Below are positions 20,294 to 30,176 of a stretch of 64,000 nt of DNA, one piece after another. Under the pieces are notes generated by a model that was given only the letters and a program-made list of their open reading frames with translations, did no database searches and was not told the DNA's origin. Position numbers and translations under genes: made by a program. Source of the stretch: an archaeon (GTDB lineage Archaea; Thermoproteota; Nitrososphaeria; Nitrososphaerales; JACAEJ01); assembly GCA_024256285.1 (NCBI GenBank), contig JACGUG010000004.1, forward strand, positions 2,359 through 66,358. The letters are read 5' to 3'. How positions within the stretch are numbered: the stretch's first letter is position 1; each line of letters opens with the position of its first letter.

Positions 20294-21427
20294 GTGTCGA
20301 TCTTGATTAAAGCCATTTTGGCTTTAGAAGATGGGACAATTTTAAAGGGTTTTGGTTTTGGTTATCCTTGTGAAGTTTCTGGGGAGGTCGTCTTTAACAC
20401 AGGAATGGTCGGCTACACCGAGTCTTTGACCGATCCTTCTTATTTCGGACAGATATTGATTCAAACTTATCCTTTGGTTGGAAATTATGGTGTGCCATCT
20501 TACTCAATCACCGATGAATTTGGAATCCCCTTGCACTTTGAATCGGATAAAATTCAAGTAAAAGGCTATGTAGTATCTTCCCTCGCCCAAAATCCAAGCC
20601 ATTGGTCTTACAAGAAGACATTAAATGAGTGGTTGTACGAACAAAAGATTTCTGGCATAGAAGGCATAGATACGAGAGAGCTCACAAAGAAGATAAGAGT
20701 CAAGGGTACAATGCTAGGGATTCTTAAAGTAGCAGAGGAGATCGATCTCGAGAAAATTAGAACAGAATTAGGAGAGATAGAAGACCCCAATAAGCGAGAT
20801 CTGGTAAAAGAAGTGACTATAAAAAAGCCGATCGAATATAATTTAGGAAGATCGCCAAAGATCGTTCTGATAGACTGTGGCACTAAATTTGGGATATTAA
20901 GAAATCTTCTACAGAGAAAGGTAGATGTAGTAAGAGTTCCTTACGATTATTCTGTTGAAAGGGTTCTAAAATCAAGCCCGTCTGGAATTGTGATCTCCAA
21001 TGGTCCTGGAGACCCGAAGAAATGTGAGAAGACTGTACAAACTGTTAGAGAGATTCTGGAGACCGATCTGCCTATGATGGGTGTTTGTTTGGGCAATCAG
21101 ATTCTTGCCCTTGCAGCAGGCGCAGATACCTATAAAATGAAGTTTGGACATAGAGGTCAGAACCATCCTTGCATAGATCTATTTACCAAAAGATGCTACA
21201 TAACCAGCCAGAATCACGGATATGTTGTCGATGATGAAAGTTTAAAAGAAACTGGATTCGATGTATGGTTCAAGAATGTGAACGATAAGACCGTAGAGGG
21301 CATAAAGCACAAAAAGAAACCTGTGTTTGGGATTCAATTCCATCCAGAAGCATCCCCTGGTCCCTATGAAACTGGATCTTTATTCGATTACTTCATCGAA
21401 GAGGTGAAAAGATTTGGCAAAGTTTGA
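20294..21427 (+). CDS. carA: Carbamoyl-phosphate synthase small (glutaminase) subunit
   Basis: LALEDGTILKGFGFG is CarA-like. The GATase motifs GVCLGNQ and IQFHPEASPGP are present. The tracked start at 20189 adds about 35 non-CarA residues, so I prefer the GTG at 20294 (the TTG at 20318 is also possible). Confidence 0.85.
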   Translation: MSILIKAILALEDGTILKGFGFGYPCEVSGEVVFNTGMVGYTESLTDPSYFGQILIQTYPLVGNYGVPSYSITDEFGIPLHFESDKIQVKGYVVSSLAQNPSHWSYKKTLNEWLYEQKISGIEGIDTRELTKKIRVKGTMLGILKVAEEIDLEKIRTELGEIEDPNKRDLVKEVTIKKPIEYNLGRSPKIVLIDCGTKFGILRNLLQRKVDVVRVPYDYSVERVLKSSPSGIVISNGPGDPKKCEKTVQTVREILETDLPMMGVCLGNQILALAAGADTYKMKFGHRGQNHPCIDLFTKRCYITSQNHGYVVDDESLKETGFDVWFKNVNDKTVEGIKHKKKPVFGIQFHPEASPGPYETGSLFDYFIEEVKRFGKV

Positions 21428-24400
21428 ATGGATAAAAAAGGTTCTGATTTTAGGGAGTGGAGCAATAAAGATAGGAGAAGCAGGGGAATTCGACTATTCG
21501 GGTGCACAAGCCATAAAGGCTCTGAAGGAAGAGGGGATAAAAGTCGTACTTGTCAATCCCAACATAGCAACGATTCAAACTGATAAAAAATTTGTTGATA
21601 AAGTTTATTTTCTTCCAATAAATTCAGAGTTCGTTGAAAAAATTATAGAAAAAGAAAGACCTGATGGGATACTTTTAGGGTTCGGAGGTCAGACTGCACT
21701 GAATTGTGGTGTAGATTTGGCTGAAAGAGGAATTTTAGAGGAATGGAATGTAAAAGTCATAGGGACTGGGATAAGAGCGATAAAGATCGCAGACGATAGA
21801 GACCTATTTAGGAAGACAATGATCGAGAATGGCATACCTATACCTAGAAGCAAGAAGGCAAACTCTATCTCTGAAGCAGTGCAAGCTGCCGATGAGATAA
21901 GCTATCCAGTTATGGTAAGAGTTGCTTACACGCTGGGTGGGCAAGGGTCTGGAGCAGCACGTGATAAAGAAGAACTGATAGAAATCGCGATGAGAGGGCT
22001 GGCTCATAGTAGAATCAAGCAAGTTTTGATTGAAGAATACATTGGAAAATGGAAAGAAGTGGAATATGAAGTGATGAGAGACTGTGAAGATAACTGTGTA
22101 ATAGTCTGTAATATGGAAAACTTCGATCCTATGGGAGTCCATACAGGCGACAGCATCGTCATAGCACCTTCTCAGACCTTAACTAACCGAGAATACCATC
22201 TTTTGAGGATGGCTGCCTTCAAAGTCATAAGGGCTTTAGGGATAATCGGCGAATGTAATATACAATTTGCGATAGACCCTAACTCTGAGCGATTCAAAGT
22301 GATAGAAGTAAATTCTCGATTATCAAGAAGCTCAGCCCTTGCATCAAAAGCTACTGGCTATCCCATAGCATATATAGCTGCAAAGCTTGCGGTCGGCTAC
22401 ACTTTACCTGAATTGATGAATAAAGTTACAGGGGTGACTACTGCTTGCTTCGAACCTGCATTGGATTACGTGGTCGTCAAAATACCTAGATGGGATTTCC
22501 AAAAATTCAAGGATGTCAGTAGAAAAATCGGGACACAGATGAAATCTGTAGGAGAAGTGATGGCTATTGGTAGAACCTTTGAGGAAGCTTTGCAAAAGGC
22601 AATCAGGATGCTCGACATAGATAATGAATTGACGGATGTCGATGATATAGAAGTTGGCAAGGACGATCTCTTTGCTTTAGAGGTGATAGAACATGGATTG
22701 GAAAACCCGACAGATGAGAGAATATTTTACATCGTTAAGGCTTTACAATCTGGCATAGATGTAGAAAGAATCCACATGTTGACCGGCATCGATCCTTGGT
22801 TCTTGAATAAAATCAAAGGAATCATAGATTTCCAAGAACCATTGAAGAAGAATTTAACCCCTGAAACCATAAGAAGAGCAAAACAACTTGGTTTTTCTGA
22901 TAAAAAGATTGGTGATATGATCAAGAAGAGCGAAGCAGAGATCAGAAGAATAAGAAAATCGTTAGGCATAGTCCCTGTTATAAAGCAGATCGATACACTT
23001 GCGGCTGAATGGCCTGCTGTTACCAACTATCTATATCTAACTTATAACGGGGATAAAGATGATATAGAAATTTCAAGAAAGAGCAAGGTTGTTGTCCTTG
23101 GTTCTGGCTGTTATAGAATAGGTTCTAGCGTCGAGTTTGATTGGTGTTGTGTGAATATGGCTTGGGCTTTAAAGAGAAAGGGTATAGAAGAAGTTATCAT
23201 GATAAATTATAACCCAGAAACTGTATCAACAGATTATGATATTTTAGACAAGTTGTATTTTGAAGAGTTGACTCTTGAGAGAGTTCTGGATATAGTTGAA
23301 AGAGAGTTTCCAGACGGAGTAGTTGTAAGTGTAGGTGGGCAGATACCCAACAACTTGGCCATGAAACTGGCTGGTAATGACGTTAAAATCTTGGGGACAT
23401 CTGCTGAAGATATAGATAGAGCGGAGGATAGGTCTAAGTTCAGCACGATTCTTGACGAATTGGGGATAGCGCAACCTAGATGGAGCAAATTAGAAACCAT
23501 CGAAAAGGCAAAGGAATTTGCAAAGAAGATAGGGTACCCCGTGTTAATAAGACCGTCGTACGTTCTCTCTGGATCCGCGATGAATGTTGCCTTTGACAAA
23601 AAACAGTTGGAGGATTACTTAAAAAGAGCAACCAAAGTATCAAAAGAATATCCAGTAGTCATTACAAAGTTCATTACTAATGCTAAAGAAGTGGAAGTCG
23701 ATGGAGTCTGTGATGGAGAGAATGTCTTCATTGGAGCCATAATAGAGCATGTGGAGAATGCAGGTATCCATTCAGGGGATGCTACCATGTCGATCCCTTC
23801 AATCGATATTTCAGAGTCTATCAAAGACACTATAAGGGACTACACAAGAAGAATCGCTAGAAGATTGAACATTCGAGGGCCATTTAACATCCAGTATATA
23901 ATGAAAGATGGAGATGTATATGTTATAGAATGTAACTTAAGGGCATCAAGAAGTATGCCTTTCGTCTCAAAGACGGTTGGTATAAATCTGATGGATGTTG
24001 CTGCAGATGCCATACTAGGGAAGAGAATCAAGGATGGTGAAGCTTCGGCGAATAAGTTTGGCGTAAAAGTTCCTCAGTTCTCCTTTATGAGGTTAGAAGG
24101 CGCGGATCCAATAACTGGGGTTGAGATGGTCTCAACGGGAGAGGTGGCTTGTTTTGGAGAGACCTTTGAGGAAGCCTTTCTAAAGGCTTTGATAGCTGGA
24201 GGTCTGAACATTCCCCAAAAAGGCGACCCGATCCTCATAACGGTCGGTGGAGATAAAGAAAGTTTGATATCCATAGCAAAGAAATTCTTTAAAAAAGAAT
24301 TTCAGATATATGCCACTGAGCACACAGCAGAAGCTTTGATCAAAAACGATATAAAATGTGAAATCTTGCACAAGGTAAGTGAAGAGAAACAACCGAATAT

Positions 24401-24581
24401 ACTTGACTATCTGATAAGTCGGAAGATAAAGCTAGTGATCAACGTTCTGAAGTTGAAGGGAGTAAAATCCAAAAAGGTACTGGATGACGACTATCTGATA
24501 AGGAGGAAAGCTGTAGAGTTTGGGGTTCCTGTCATAACAAATCTTGAGCTTACAAACGCTTTGATAAATGCTATAAGATAA
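21414..24581 (+). CDS. carB: Carbamoyl-phosphate synthase large subunit
   Basis: The 1055-aa protein has duplicated ATP-grasp halves (GSGAIKIGEAGEFDYSG and GSGCYRIGSSVEFDW). It overlaps carA by 14 nt and starts with TTG. Confidence 0.95.
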   Translation: MAKFEWIKKVLILGSGAIKIGEAGEFDYSGAQAIKALKEEGIKVVLVNPNIATIQTDKKFVDKVYFLPINSEFVEKIIEKERPDGILLGFGGQTALNCGVDLAERGILEEWNVKVIGTGIRAIKIADDRDLFRKTMIENGIPIPRSKKANSISEAVQAADEISYPVMVRVAYTLGGQGSGAARDKEELIEIAMRGLAHSRIKQVLIEEYIGKWKEVEYEVMRDCEDNCVIVCNMENFDPMGVHTGDSIVIAPSQTLTNREYHLLRMAAFKVIRALGIIGECNIQFAIDPNSERFKVIEVNSRLSRSSALASKATGYPIAYIAAKLAVGYTLPELMNKVTGVTTACFEPALDYVVVKIPRWDFQKFKDVSRKIGTQMKSVGEVMAIGRTFEEALQKAIRMLDIDNELTDVDDIEVGKDDLFALEVIEHGLENPTDERIFYIVKALQSGIDVERIHMLTGIDPWFLNKIKGIIDFQEPLKKNLTPETIRRAKQLGFSDKKIGDMIKKSEAEIRRIRKSLGIVPVIKQIDTLAAEWPAVTNYLYLTYNGDKDDIEISRKSKVVVLGSGCYRIGSSVEFDWCCVNMAWALKRKGIEEVIMINYNPETVSTDYDILDKLYFEELTLERVLDIVEREFPDGVVVSVGGQIPNNLAMKLAGNDVKILGTSAEDIDRAEDRSKFSTILDELGIAQPRWSKLETIEKAKEFAKKIGYPVLIRPSYVLSGSAMNVAFDKKQLEDYLKRATKVSKEYPVVITKFITNAKEVEVDGVCDGENVFIGAIIEHVENAGIHSGDATMSIPSIDISESIKDTIRDYTRRIARRLNIRGPFNIQYIMKDGDVYVIECNLRASRSMPFVSKTVGINLMDVAADAILGKRIKDGEASANKFGVKVPQFSFMRLEGADPITGVEMVSTGEVACFGETFEEAFLKALIAGGLNIPQKGDPILITVGGDKESLISIAKKFFKKEFQIYATEHTAEALIKNDIKCEILHKVSEEKQPNILDYLISRKIKLVINVLKLKGVKSKKVLDDDYLIRRKAVEFGVPVITNLELTNALINAIR

Positions 24582-24713
24582 CCGATATCCGCCAAAGATC
24601 ATTAACATGGATCGGCTCAAGTTGATTTGTACCATATACATACCTTCAGATATTCCAAAGGGGCCCATCTGAACATAAAAACCTGCAACTTATCTAATTT
24701 TACTGGCCGATGA

Positions 24714-25036
24714 ATCCATAACATAGGAGGTTTGGCAATAGCAGATCTTTTTTTAGTTTCCATACAGACAGGCATGATTACTTGGTTCTAGTGCTTCACA
24801 TGAGGTCCCTCAAGAGTTGAGTGATTTTGAATTCTAATTCATGGAGAATGGAAAAAGTACAAGGCATTGTTTTCAACCTTTTTTCAGCCCTCACCATAAT
24901 TCCAAGCAGTCTCTTAGTTTACTTTGCCGCTACAATCATAGATCGATACTACCTTCTGCTACTTTTCGCTACAGGTAACTTCATTTATATCGCTGCTTCA
25001 GATCTAATTCCTGAAATTAAGTCTGGAGAAAATTGA
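24714..25036 (+). pseudogene. ZIP-family metal transporter remnant (C-terminal part, with a stop and a frameshift)
   Basis: IHNIGGLAIADLFLVSIQTGMITWF is followed by a stop. HEVPQELSDF is followed by a frame change. Then comes ILNS…VFNLFSALT…ATGNFIYIAASDLIPE. HE.PQE.GDF is the ZIP signature, and the N-terminal half of the gene is missing. Confidence 0.6.
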
Positions 25037-25196
25037 AAGAGGGTTTAGCACACTTTTGCCTTCATAATAGGTATTCCGTTTATTGTCTGTAAGAGTAGTT
25101 TGGGGGCTTAAAGGGAAAGATTAGTCCAAGATTGTATAGGTGTATATACATCATGGCTATCTGACTTATTTATAGAGATAAGTTAAACTTAAGCAG

Positions 25197-25484
25197 TTAT
25201 TTTTTAAGAGCATCGATCAAGTCGTCGATAGTGATCGCTACCATCGTTAAAGTTTGGAGTGTTCCTCTTGAACCAAGTTCTACGGCTACTCTAGTTACTG
25301 TTTTATCGTCTGGGGCTTCAAGAATATTTATAAAATCATAAGGACCTAAAACTGCATATTGAACCAAAATTTTTGCGCCCATGGCTTCAACTTCCTTGTT
25401 GACTTCCTTGATTCTTTCAGGCTTAACTTTGATCGTCTTTCTTCCTTCATCAGTAAGGGTTGTCAACATTACGTAGATGGGCAT
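25197..25484 (-). CDS. GYD domain protein
   Basis: MPIYVMLTTLTDEGRKTI…ILVQYAVLGPYDFINILEAPDD…TLTMVAI is the typical GYD pattern. The preferred start is the ATG at 25484. Confidence 0.7.
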   Translation of the reverse strand: MPIYVMLTTLTDEGRKTIKVKPERIKEVNKEVEAMGAKILVQYAVLGPYDFINILEAPDDKTVTRVAVELGSRGTLQTLTMVAITIDDLIDALKK

Positions 25485-25736
25485 AGCTTCGGATATTTTG
25501 TAGGCACTTATTAATCTTTCCGAGCATCCTTCTCTTAAGAAGATCTGGACCATGAGAATACTACTATTGATTGCTGTTTTGTTCGACTTAGGACGAATTC
25601 TCCTTCTTTGATACGAGGTTCAAAGGCAAGAATTATTTATCAGAATGATCATACCTATCACAAACTACCTCAAAGCCTAGCTTCTGAACATGGTTTAAGT
25701 CGTCATCTTCCCCTTTCCAATGACTTTACTTTCAAC

Positions 25737-25886
25737 TTATCTCTTCATAACGTACTTGGCAGGCTCTTTATCGAATGTTTGTTTGCATAAGGAGGAGCAG
25801 AAGTAGTATGTCTGCCCTTTATATTCAGACTTGTGCTCTGCAGTCTTTTCGTTAACATCCATTCCACAGATTGGATCCTTAGCCAT
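25737..25886 (-). CDS. 49-aa YHS/TRASH-domain metal-binding protein (putative copper chaperone), not in the ORF track
   Basis: It encodes MAKDPICGMDVNEKTAEHKSEYKGQTYYFCSSLCKQTFDKEPAKYVMKR. GGAGGTGAG lies 5 nt upstream of the ATG, and the start is 7 nt after the copA stop. Confidence 0.7.
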   Translation of the reverse strand: MAKDPICGMDVNEKTAEHKSEYKGQTYYFCSSLCKQTFDKEPAKYVMKR

Positions 25887-25893
25887 ATAACTC

Positions 25894-27984
25894 TCACCTC
25901 CTTTTTATCTGGAACTTCTTAAGTGTAAGGGAGTTGGTAATGACGCTTACTGAGCTCATCGCCATAGCGATGGCTGCGAATACGGGACTTAACAGCCCGG
26001 AGGCGGCTACCGGTATGAAGCCTGTGTTATACGCAAAGGCCCAGAACAGGTTCTGCTTGATCTTGCTCATCGTCTTCTTGCTGAGCTTTATCGAAGCAAC
26101 TACGTCACGTAGATCATCCTTGATAAGCACTATTCCTCCGGTCTCAACGGCTACGTCTGTTCCGCTTCCAAGGGCGATCCCTATATCTGCTTGTGCGAGG
26201 GCTGGAGCATCGTTTATTCCATCCCCAACCATGGCCACAACCTTACCTTCTTTTTGGAGACCCTTGATTACCAAAGCTTTCTGGCCAGGGAGCACTTCGG
26301 AGATGACTTTGTCGATGCCCAGTTGTTGGGCGATTGCCTTGGCGGTTCTCCGGTTGTCACCGGTAAGCATAACCACCTCCAACCCCATTCCTTTCAGATC
26401 GTCTACGGCCTCTTTCGCGCTCTCCTTGATCGTATCGGCTACAGCGATCACACCAGCAAGGCTTCCGTTAAGGGCGAGGAGCGTTGCGGTCTTTCCTTCA
26501 TCCTCCAGTTTCTGAATCTTATCTTCTTGGGCTTCTATAGAGATGTTGTTGTCACGCATCAACTTCCTATTTCCAAGTAGAATCTCTGTATCGGAGTGAC
26601 TTGCCTTTACACCGTGACCTGGGACTGCTTCAAAGTAAGTTGGGTCAGGGACCTCAAGCCCCATTTCTTCTACTCTTCTAATTATGGCTTCTCCGAGGGG
26701 ATGCTCTGAACCCTTTTCTGAGATGGCTGCGAATCTTAGAACGTCTCTTTCAGTTGTGTTTGAAAGCGGCACTACATCTGTTACCGATGGTATGCCTTTT
26801 GTTAGGGTGCCAGTCTTGTCGAATACTATGGTCTGTACTTTGTAGGCTTTCTCCAGATACTCCCCCCCCTTTATCAGGATTCCACTCTCCGCACCCTTCC
26901 CCACTCCCACGATTATGGCTGCTGGTGTGGCAAGTCCCAATGCACATGGACACGCGATTATCAGGACCGCTACCAGAGCGGTGAAGCCTTGGATGAAGCT
27001 CCCAGCTAGAAAGAGCCATGTTGCAAAGGCCCCCAGAGCTATCAGGACTACTAAAGGCACGAAGTAGCCGGATACTCTGTCCGCCAAACGTTCTATCGGA
27101 GCTCGAGCTACAGACGCCTCCTCGACCAGCTTCACTATCTGTGCGAGTGTCGTGTCAGATCCAACCTTGGTGGCTCTTATCCTCAACATGCCGCTCTTGT
27201 TTATCGTCGCGCCTATCGCCTCATCGCCGACTTTCTTCTCAACTGGGATGCTTTCACCAGTGATCATCTTCTCATCCACACTCGAGTACCCATCTGTTAC
27301 AATACCGTCGACAGGGATCTTCTCGCCGGGTCTGACTACAACGATGTCTCCTACGCTCACCTCCTCGACAGGGACTTCGATCTCCTTTCCTTCTCGTATC
27401 ACTCTAGCCATCTTGGGCTGGAGACCGAGTAGCTTTCTTACCGCATCTGTCGCCCTTCTTTGCATTGCATGTTCAAGTAGCTTTCCTAGGAGTATGAAGC
27501 CTATGATTAGGGCAGCAGTTTCAAAGTATACAACTCTGGCATTGGGAGGTACCAAAGCTGGGAAGAAGGTAACGACAGTACTGTATCCCCATGCAGCGGA
27601 TGTTCCAATGGCTATCAGTGTATCCATATTGGCTGAACGAGATTTGATAGCGTGCAGAAAGCCCCTGTAGAACCTTTTTCCAGCGATGAATTGCACTGGA
27701 GTTGCAAGGAGAAAGAGCCAGAACTCTATCTTTACAAAGCTCGGAAGAAGATTAACGATGGCTTCTAGACCTATAAGGTCCGCCATGCTGAAGAGTAGCA
27801 GAGGGATCCCAAGGATGAAGCTCAGAGCAGTCATGCGCTTCAGATTTCTAACTTCGATCTCAGGTCTGAGGAAGGTCTGTAGGCAAGCATTGCTGCAGAA
27901 ATAGTATTCAGTTCCACGCACAGTGGCCCGTAGTGCATCGGGGCTTTCACGAACGAACATTCCGCAGATAGGGTCCTTGGGCAT
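25894..27984 (-). CDS. copA: Cu(I)-translocating P1B-type ATPase (CPC type) with an N-terminal TRASH/YHS metal-binding domain
   Basis: The N-terminus has DPICGMFV…[12 protein letters not shown]. Other motifs are TGES, the transmembrane CPC ([13 protein letters not shown]), DKTGTLT and GDGINDAP. Confidence 0.92.
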   Translation of the reverse strand: MPKDPICGMFVRESPDALRATVRGTEYYFCSNACLQTFLRPEIEVRNLKRMTALSFILGIPLLLFSMADLIGLEAIVNLLPSFVKIEFWLFLLATPVQFIAGKRFYRGFLHAIKSRSANMDTLIAIGTSAAWGYSTVVTFFPALVPPNARVVYFETAALIIGFILLGKLLEHAMQRRATDAVRKLLGLQPKMARVIREGKEIEVPVEEVSVGDIVVVRPGEKIPVDGIVTDGYSSVDEKMITGESIPVEKKVGDEAIGATINKSGMLRIRATKVGSDTTLAQIVKLVEEASVARAPIERLADRVSGYFVPLVVLIALGAFATWLFLAGSFIQGFTALVAVLIIACPCALGLATPAAIIVGVGKGAESGILIKGGEYLEKAYKVQTIVFDKTGTLTKGIPSVTDVVPLSNTTERDVLRFAAISEKGSEHPLGEAIIRRVEEMGLEVPDPTYFEAVPGHGVKASHSDTEILLGNRKLMRDNNISIEAQEDKIQKLEDEGKTATLLALNGSLAGVIAVADTIKESAKEAVDDLKGMGLEVVMLTGDNRRTAKAIAQQLGIDKVISEVLPGQKALVIKGLQKEGKVVAMVGDGINDAPALAQADIGIALGSGTDVAVETGGIVLIKDDLRDVVASIKLSKKTMSKIKQNLFWAFAYNTGFIPVAASGLLSPVFAAIAMAMSSVSVITNSLTLKKFQIKRR

Positions 27985-28000
27985 CTGATTCCCTCCTCGA

Positions 28001-28411
28001 TCAGTCAGGTCTCGGTCTCCAGCCCAGAGCTAGGGCTCCTCCAACGATACCAAGGACAGCTCCTATATAGAAGCCTCCCATACCTAGGAAGCTGATTATC
28101 GAGAAGAGCAGAATTATAGTGCCCCAAGCTTTATGCTCTTCTGGACGTGTATTAAGCATCACTGCACCTATGATCACGATTATCCCAGACACCAAGCCTA
28201 TGAATGAAAGGCCGCCCATGAAACCGAAGGGGACTCCAAAGCTCCCCATCATCCAGTGGTAGCCTCCCATCATACCTCCGAATCCACCCATCATTCCACC
28301 AAAGCCTCCATACATGAACCACATGAATGCCATGCCTCCGCCTACAAGCATCAGTACCCCACCTATCAGGGATAAGATGAATGCAGCTTCAGGCTTCTCT
28401 TGGGAACTCAT
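28001..28411 (-). CDS. Met/Gly-rich integral membrane protein of unknown family
   Basis: About 4 predicted transmembrane segments. One loop reads [43 protein letters not shown]. It lies 16 nt upstream of copA and 19 nt downstream of the PepSY-like gene. Confidence 0.6.
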   Translation of the reverse strand: MSSQEKPEAAFILSLIGGVLMLVGGGMAFMWFMYGGFGGMMGGFGGMMGGYHWMMGSFGVPFGFMGGLSFIGLVSGIIVIIGAVMLNTRPEEHKAWGTIILLFSIISFLGMGGFYIGAVLGIVGGALALGWRPRPD

Positions 28412-28430
28412 CTTTCTATCTCACCTCCTA

Positions 28431-29039
28431 TCAATTATGCTCCTCCATTCCTATAAATTCACCATGCCAGCTGTGATACCACACATCGCCGGTATAGCCG
28501 TTCACACTCAACATCCCAGACATCCTTCCGTCTATTGAAACATCCATGGTGTAGTAGCCATAGAACATCTTGGGCTCCTCTACACTTGCACCTGGAATGT
28601 TCGTGTCCAACCATCTTTGGCCGTATCCTGAAGCTTCCTTAGCGTCTATAGGCATAGAAGCCGTGGGGTTGATGACCCTTCCCATATGTCCATACTTCTG
28701 GTTCCACATCATATTCGGCCCTGGCTCAAAAACTATCCTTCCAGTATACCTGTCTACTAAGAGCTCGAAGGCGTTTATCCCTATGCTCTTCTCCTGAACT
28801 ATGATATAGAAGTGGTTGGAGAACTCCATGATCTCTTCGATTCTATAGCCCCCACCTAAACTAGATAGATACCGCTCGACTAGCTCTTCGGCTTGCTCTA
28901 TGCTATCCACAGCCTCGGCCGAATACAGAGCAGGTGAAAATGAGATAGAAATGACAAGTGCAACAGCTACCAACCCTAGGACAAGGACTAGCAACGCTAC
29001 GATCGGAAACCGACGTTGCTCATCTTGTTTTACTTTCAT
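28431..29039 (-). CDS. Membrane-anchored extracytoplasmic protein with PepSY-like repeats
   Basis: An N-terminal transmembrane anchor is followed by two modules ending …LLVDRYTGRIVFEP and …LSVNGYTGDVWYHSWHG, which resemble PepSY folds. The call is by eye. Confidence 0.5.
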   Translation of the reverse strand: MKVKQDEQRRFPIVALLVLVLGLVAVALVISISFSPALYSAEAVDSIEQAEELVERYLSSLGGGYRIEEIMEFSNHFYIIVQEKSIGINAFELLVDRYTGRIVFEPGPNMMWNQKYGHMGRVINPTASMPIDAKEASGYGQRWLDTNIPGASVEEPKMFYGYYTMDVSIDGRMSGMLSVNGYTGDVWYHSWHGEFIGMEEHN

Positions 29040-29090
29040 ATCAATACCTCCACCTTATTATATGTTAATGGAGGAAGAAGTACTTGCCCC

Positions 29091-29108
29091 TTAACATCTG
29101 TAAAGTTT
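29091..29108 (+). promoter_or_regulatory. Candidate operator (site B) upstream of the PepSY-like/copA operon
   Basis: TTAACATCTGTAAAGTTT matches 15/18 with the reverse complement of 29782-29800. It lies in the 83-nt gap between the copR-like stop and the operon start. Confidence 0.35.
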
Positions 29109-29122
29109 TGGACGAGTAGACT

Positions 29123-29749
29123 TTACGACTCTTCAGGAAACCTCTTCAGCCTCGCTGCATACCTCTCCTTGTAGGCTTCAAGGCAGGTATTACAGCAGAA
29201 GAACCGGGTCCCCTCCCCCACCCTAAGGGTATGTGGCCTCCCTGCGATCTCACCTCCACAGTAGTCGCAGGCCATCCTGATCTTCAGCTCAGGCTTCAAG
29301 AGGAGAGAAGGCCCTTCCTTCACCACCTTCGTAACTATCTGGGTTGTAGTCAGGGAGACTCCTGGCAGGGTGGTAACTTCCTCCTCGATGAAGCGCTGAA
29401 GATCCTCCAACCCTTCCACCATCAACTTCGCCACCAAGTTGCTCTCCCCCGCTGTAGTGAAGACATCGATCACCTCTTCCTTCAAGGCGAGAGACTCCTG
29501 CACTTCGCTTAGATCTTTGGCTTCAACTCGGAGATGCAGAATTGCCATGACTCCCTGTTCCACCTTGGTAAGGTCGAAGATCGGGGCGAAACCTTTGATG
29601 AAGCCCGCATCCTTCATCCGCCTGATCCTGGCCTCCACTGTAGGGGTCGATACTCCAACACGTTTAGCTACCTGCCTGTAGGAGAGCCTTCCATCCTCCA
29701 TCAGGGCCCTTAAGATGGCTATATCCAGACTGTCGAGGATTAGGGGCAT
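29123..29749 (-). CDS. Lrp/AsnC-family regulator with a C-terminal TRASH domain (CopR/CopT-like copper-responsive regulator)
   Basis: The N-terminal HTH reads LDSLDIAILRALMEDGRLSYRQVAKRVGVSTPTVEARIRRM. The C-terminus reads CDYCGGEI…FFCCNTCLEAYKERY. Confidence 0.8.
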   Translation of the reverse strand: MPLILDSLDIAILRALMEDGRLSYRQVAKRVGVSTPTVEARIRRMKDAGFIKGFAPIFDLTKVEQGVMAILHLRVEAKDLSEVQESLALKEEVIDVFTTAGESNLVAKLMVEGLEDLQRFIEEEVTTLPGVSLTTTQIVTKVVKEGPSLLLKPELKIRMACDYCGGEIAGRPHTLRVGEGTRFFCCNTCLEAYKERYAARLKRFPEES

Positions 29750-29781
29750 CTTACGGGAGTTAGATGGTTATCACTCAAGAT

Positions 29782-29800
29782 AAACTTTACGTATGTGAAA
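29782..29800 (+). promoter_or_regulatory. Candidate operator (site A) upstream of the copR-like gene
   Basis: AAACTTTACGTATGTGAAA is internally pseudo-palindromic (TTTAC…GTGAA). It lies 33-51 nt upstream of the copR-like ATG and is similar to site B. Confidence 0.35.
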
Positions 29801-30161
29801 CGTTAGCCACAGGAACTTGACATTCGTTAAGGTTTGCTTTGTTGCAGGCGGCATCCCCCACTTAAAACTTTGGTTCCACTAGCAACGGATTGGCTTTGAG
29901 AACATGGTGGACAAAGAGGTATGTAACGTTCAAACTATCAGCTACAGAATTGGTATTATACTCTGCCCCTCTTTGAACGAATTAAAAGATAGTCCCCTTA
30001 TGAGACTTTGCTAGCTCATGATACATCAAAGCATGTTTCTTTATAGATTCTTATGTCTCTGATGTTAAAAAGAATGTTTTATGTTCTTCCTTTAAAAATT
30101 TCAGTTGACAATTCACATCTGAATGCATATCATCTCACCAATAAATAAAAAAACAGATAAA

Positions 30162-30176
30162 TATAACGCTGTTATA
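30162..30176. promoter_or_regulatory. TATAAC-GCT-GTTATA palindrome (perfect), orphan copy in a 700-bp non-coding gap
   Basis: It is an exact 6+3+6 inverted repeat, and no ORF of 60 aa or more lies nearby. Confidence 0.5.

Noticed and set aside
21804-24668. Numerous 60-120-aa ORFs antisense to carB. Similar sets lie antisense to rpoB, rpoA, copA, copB, the glycerate kinase gene and the trehalose synthase gene.
   Set aside because: They lie entirely inside long, motif-validated genes on the other strand. They have odd composition (Ser/Leu/Ile/Pro-rich, no recognisable motifs) and are typical shadow ORFs.
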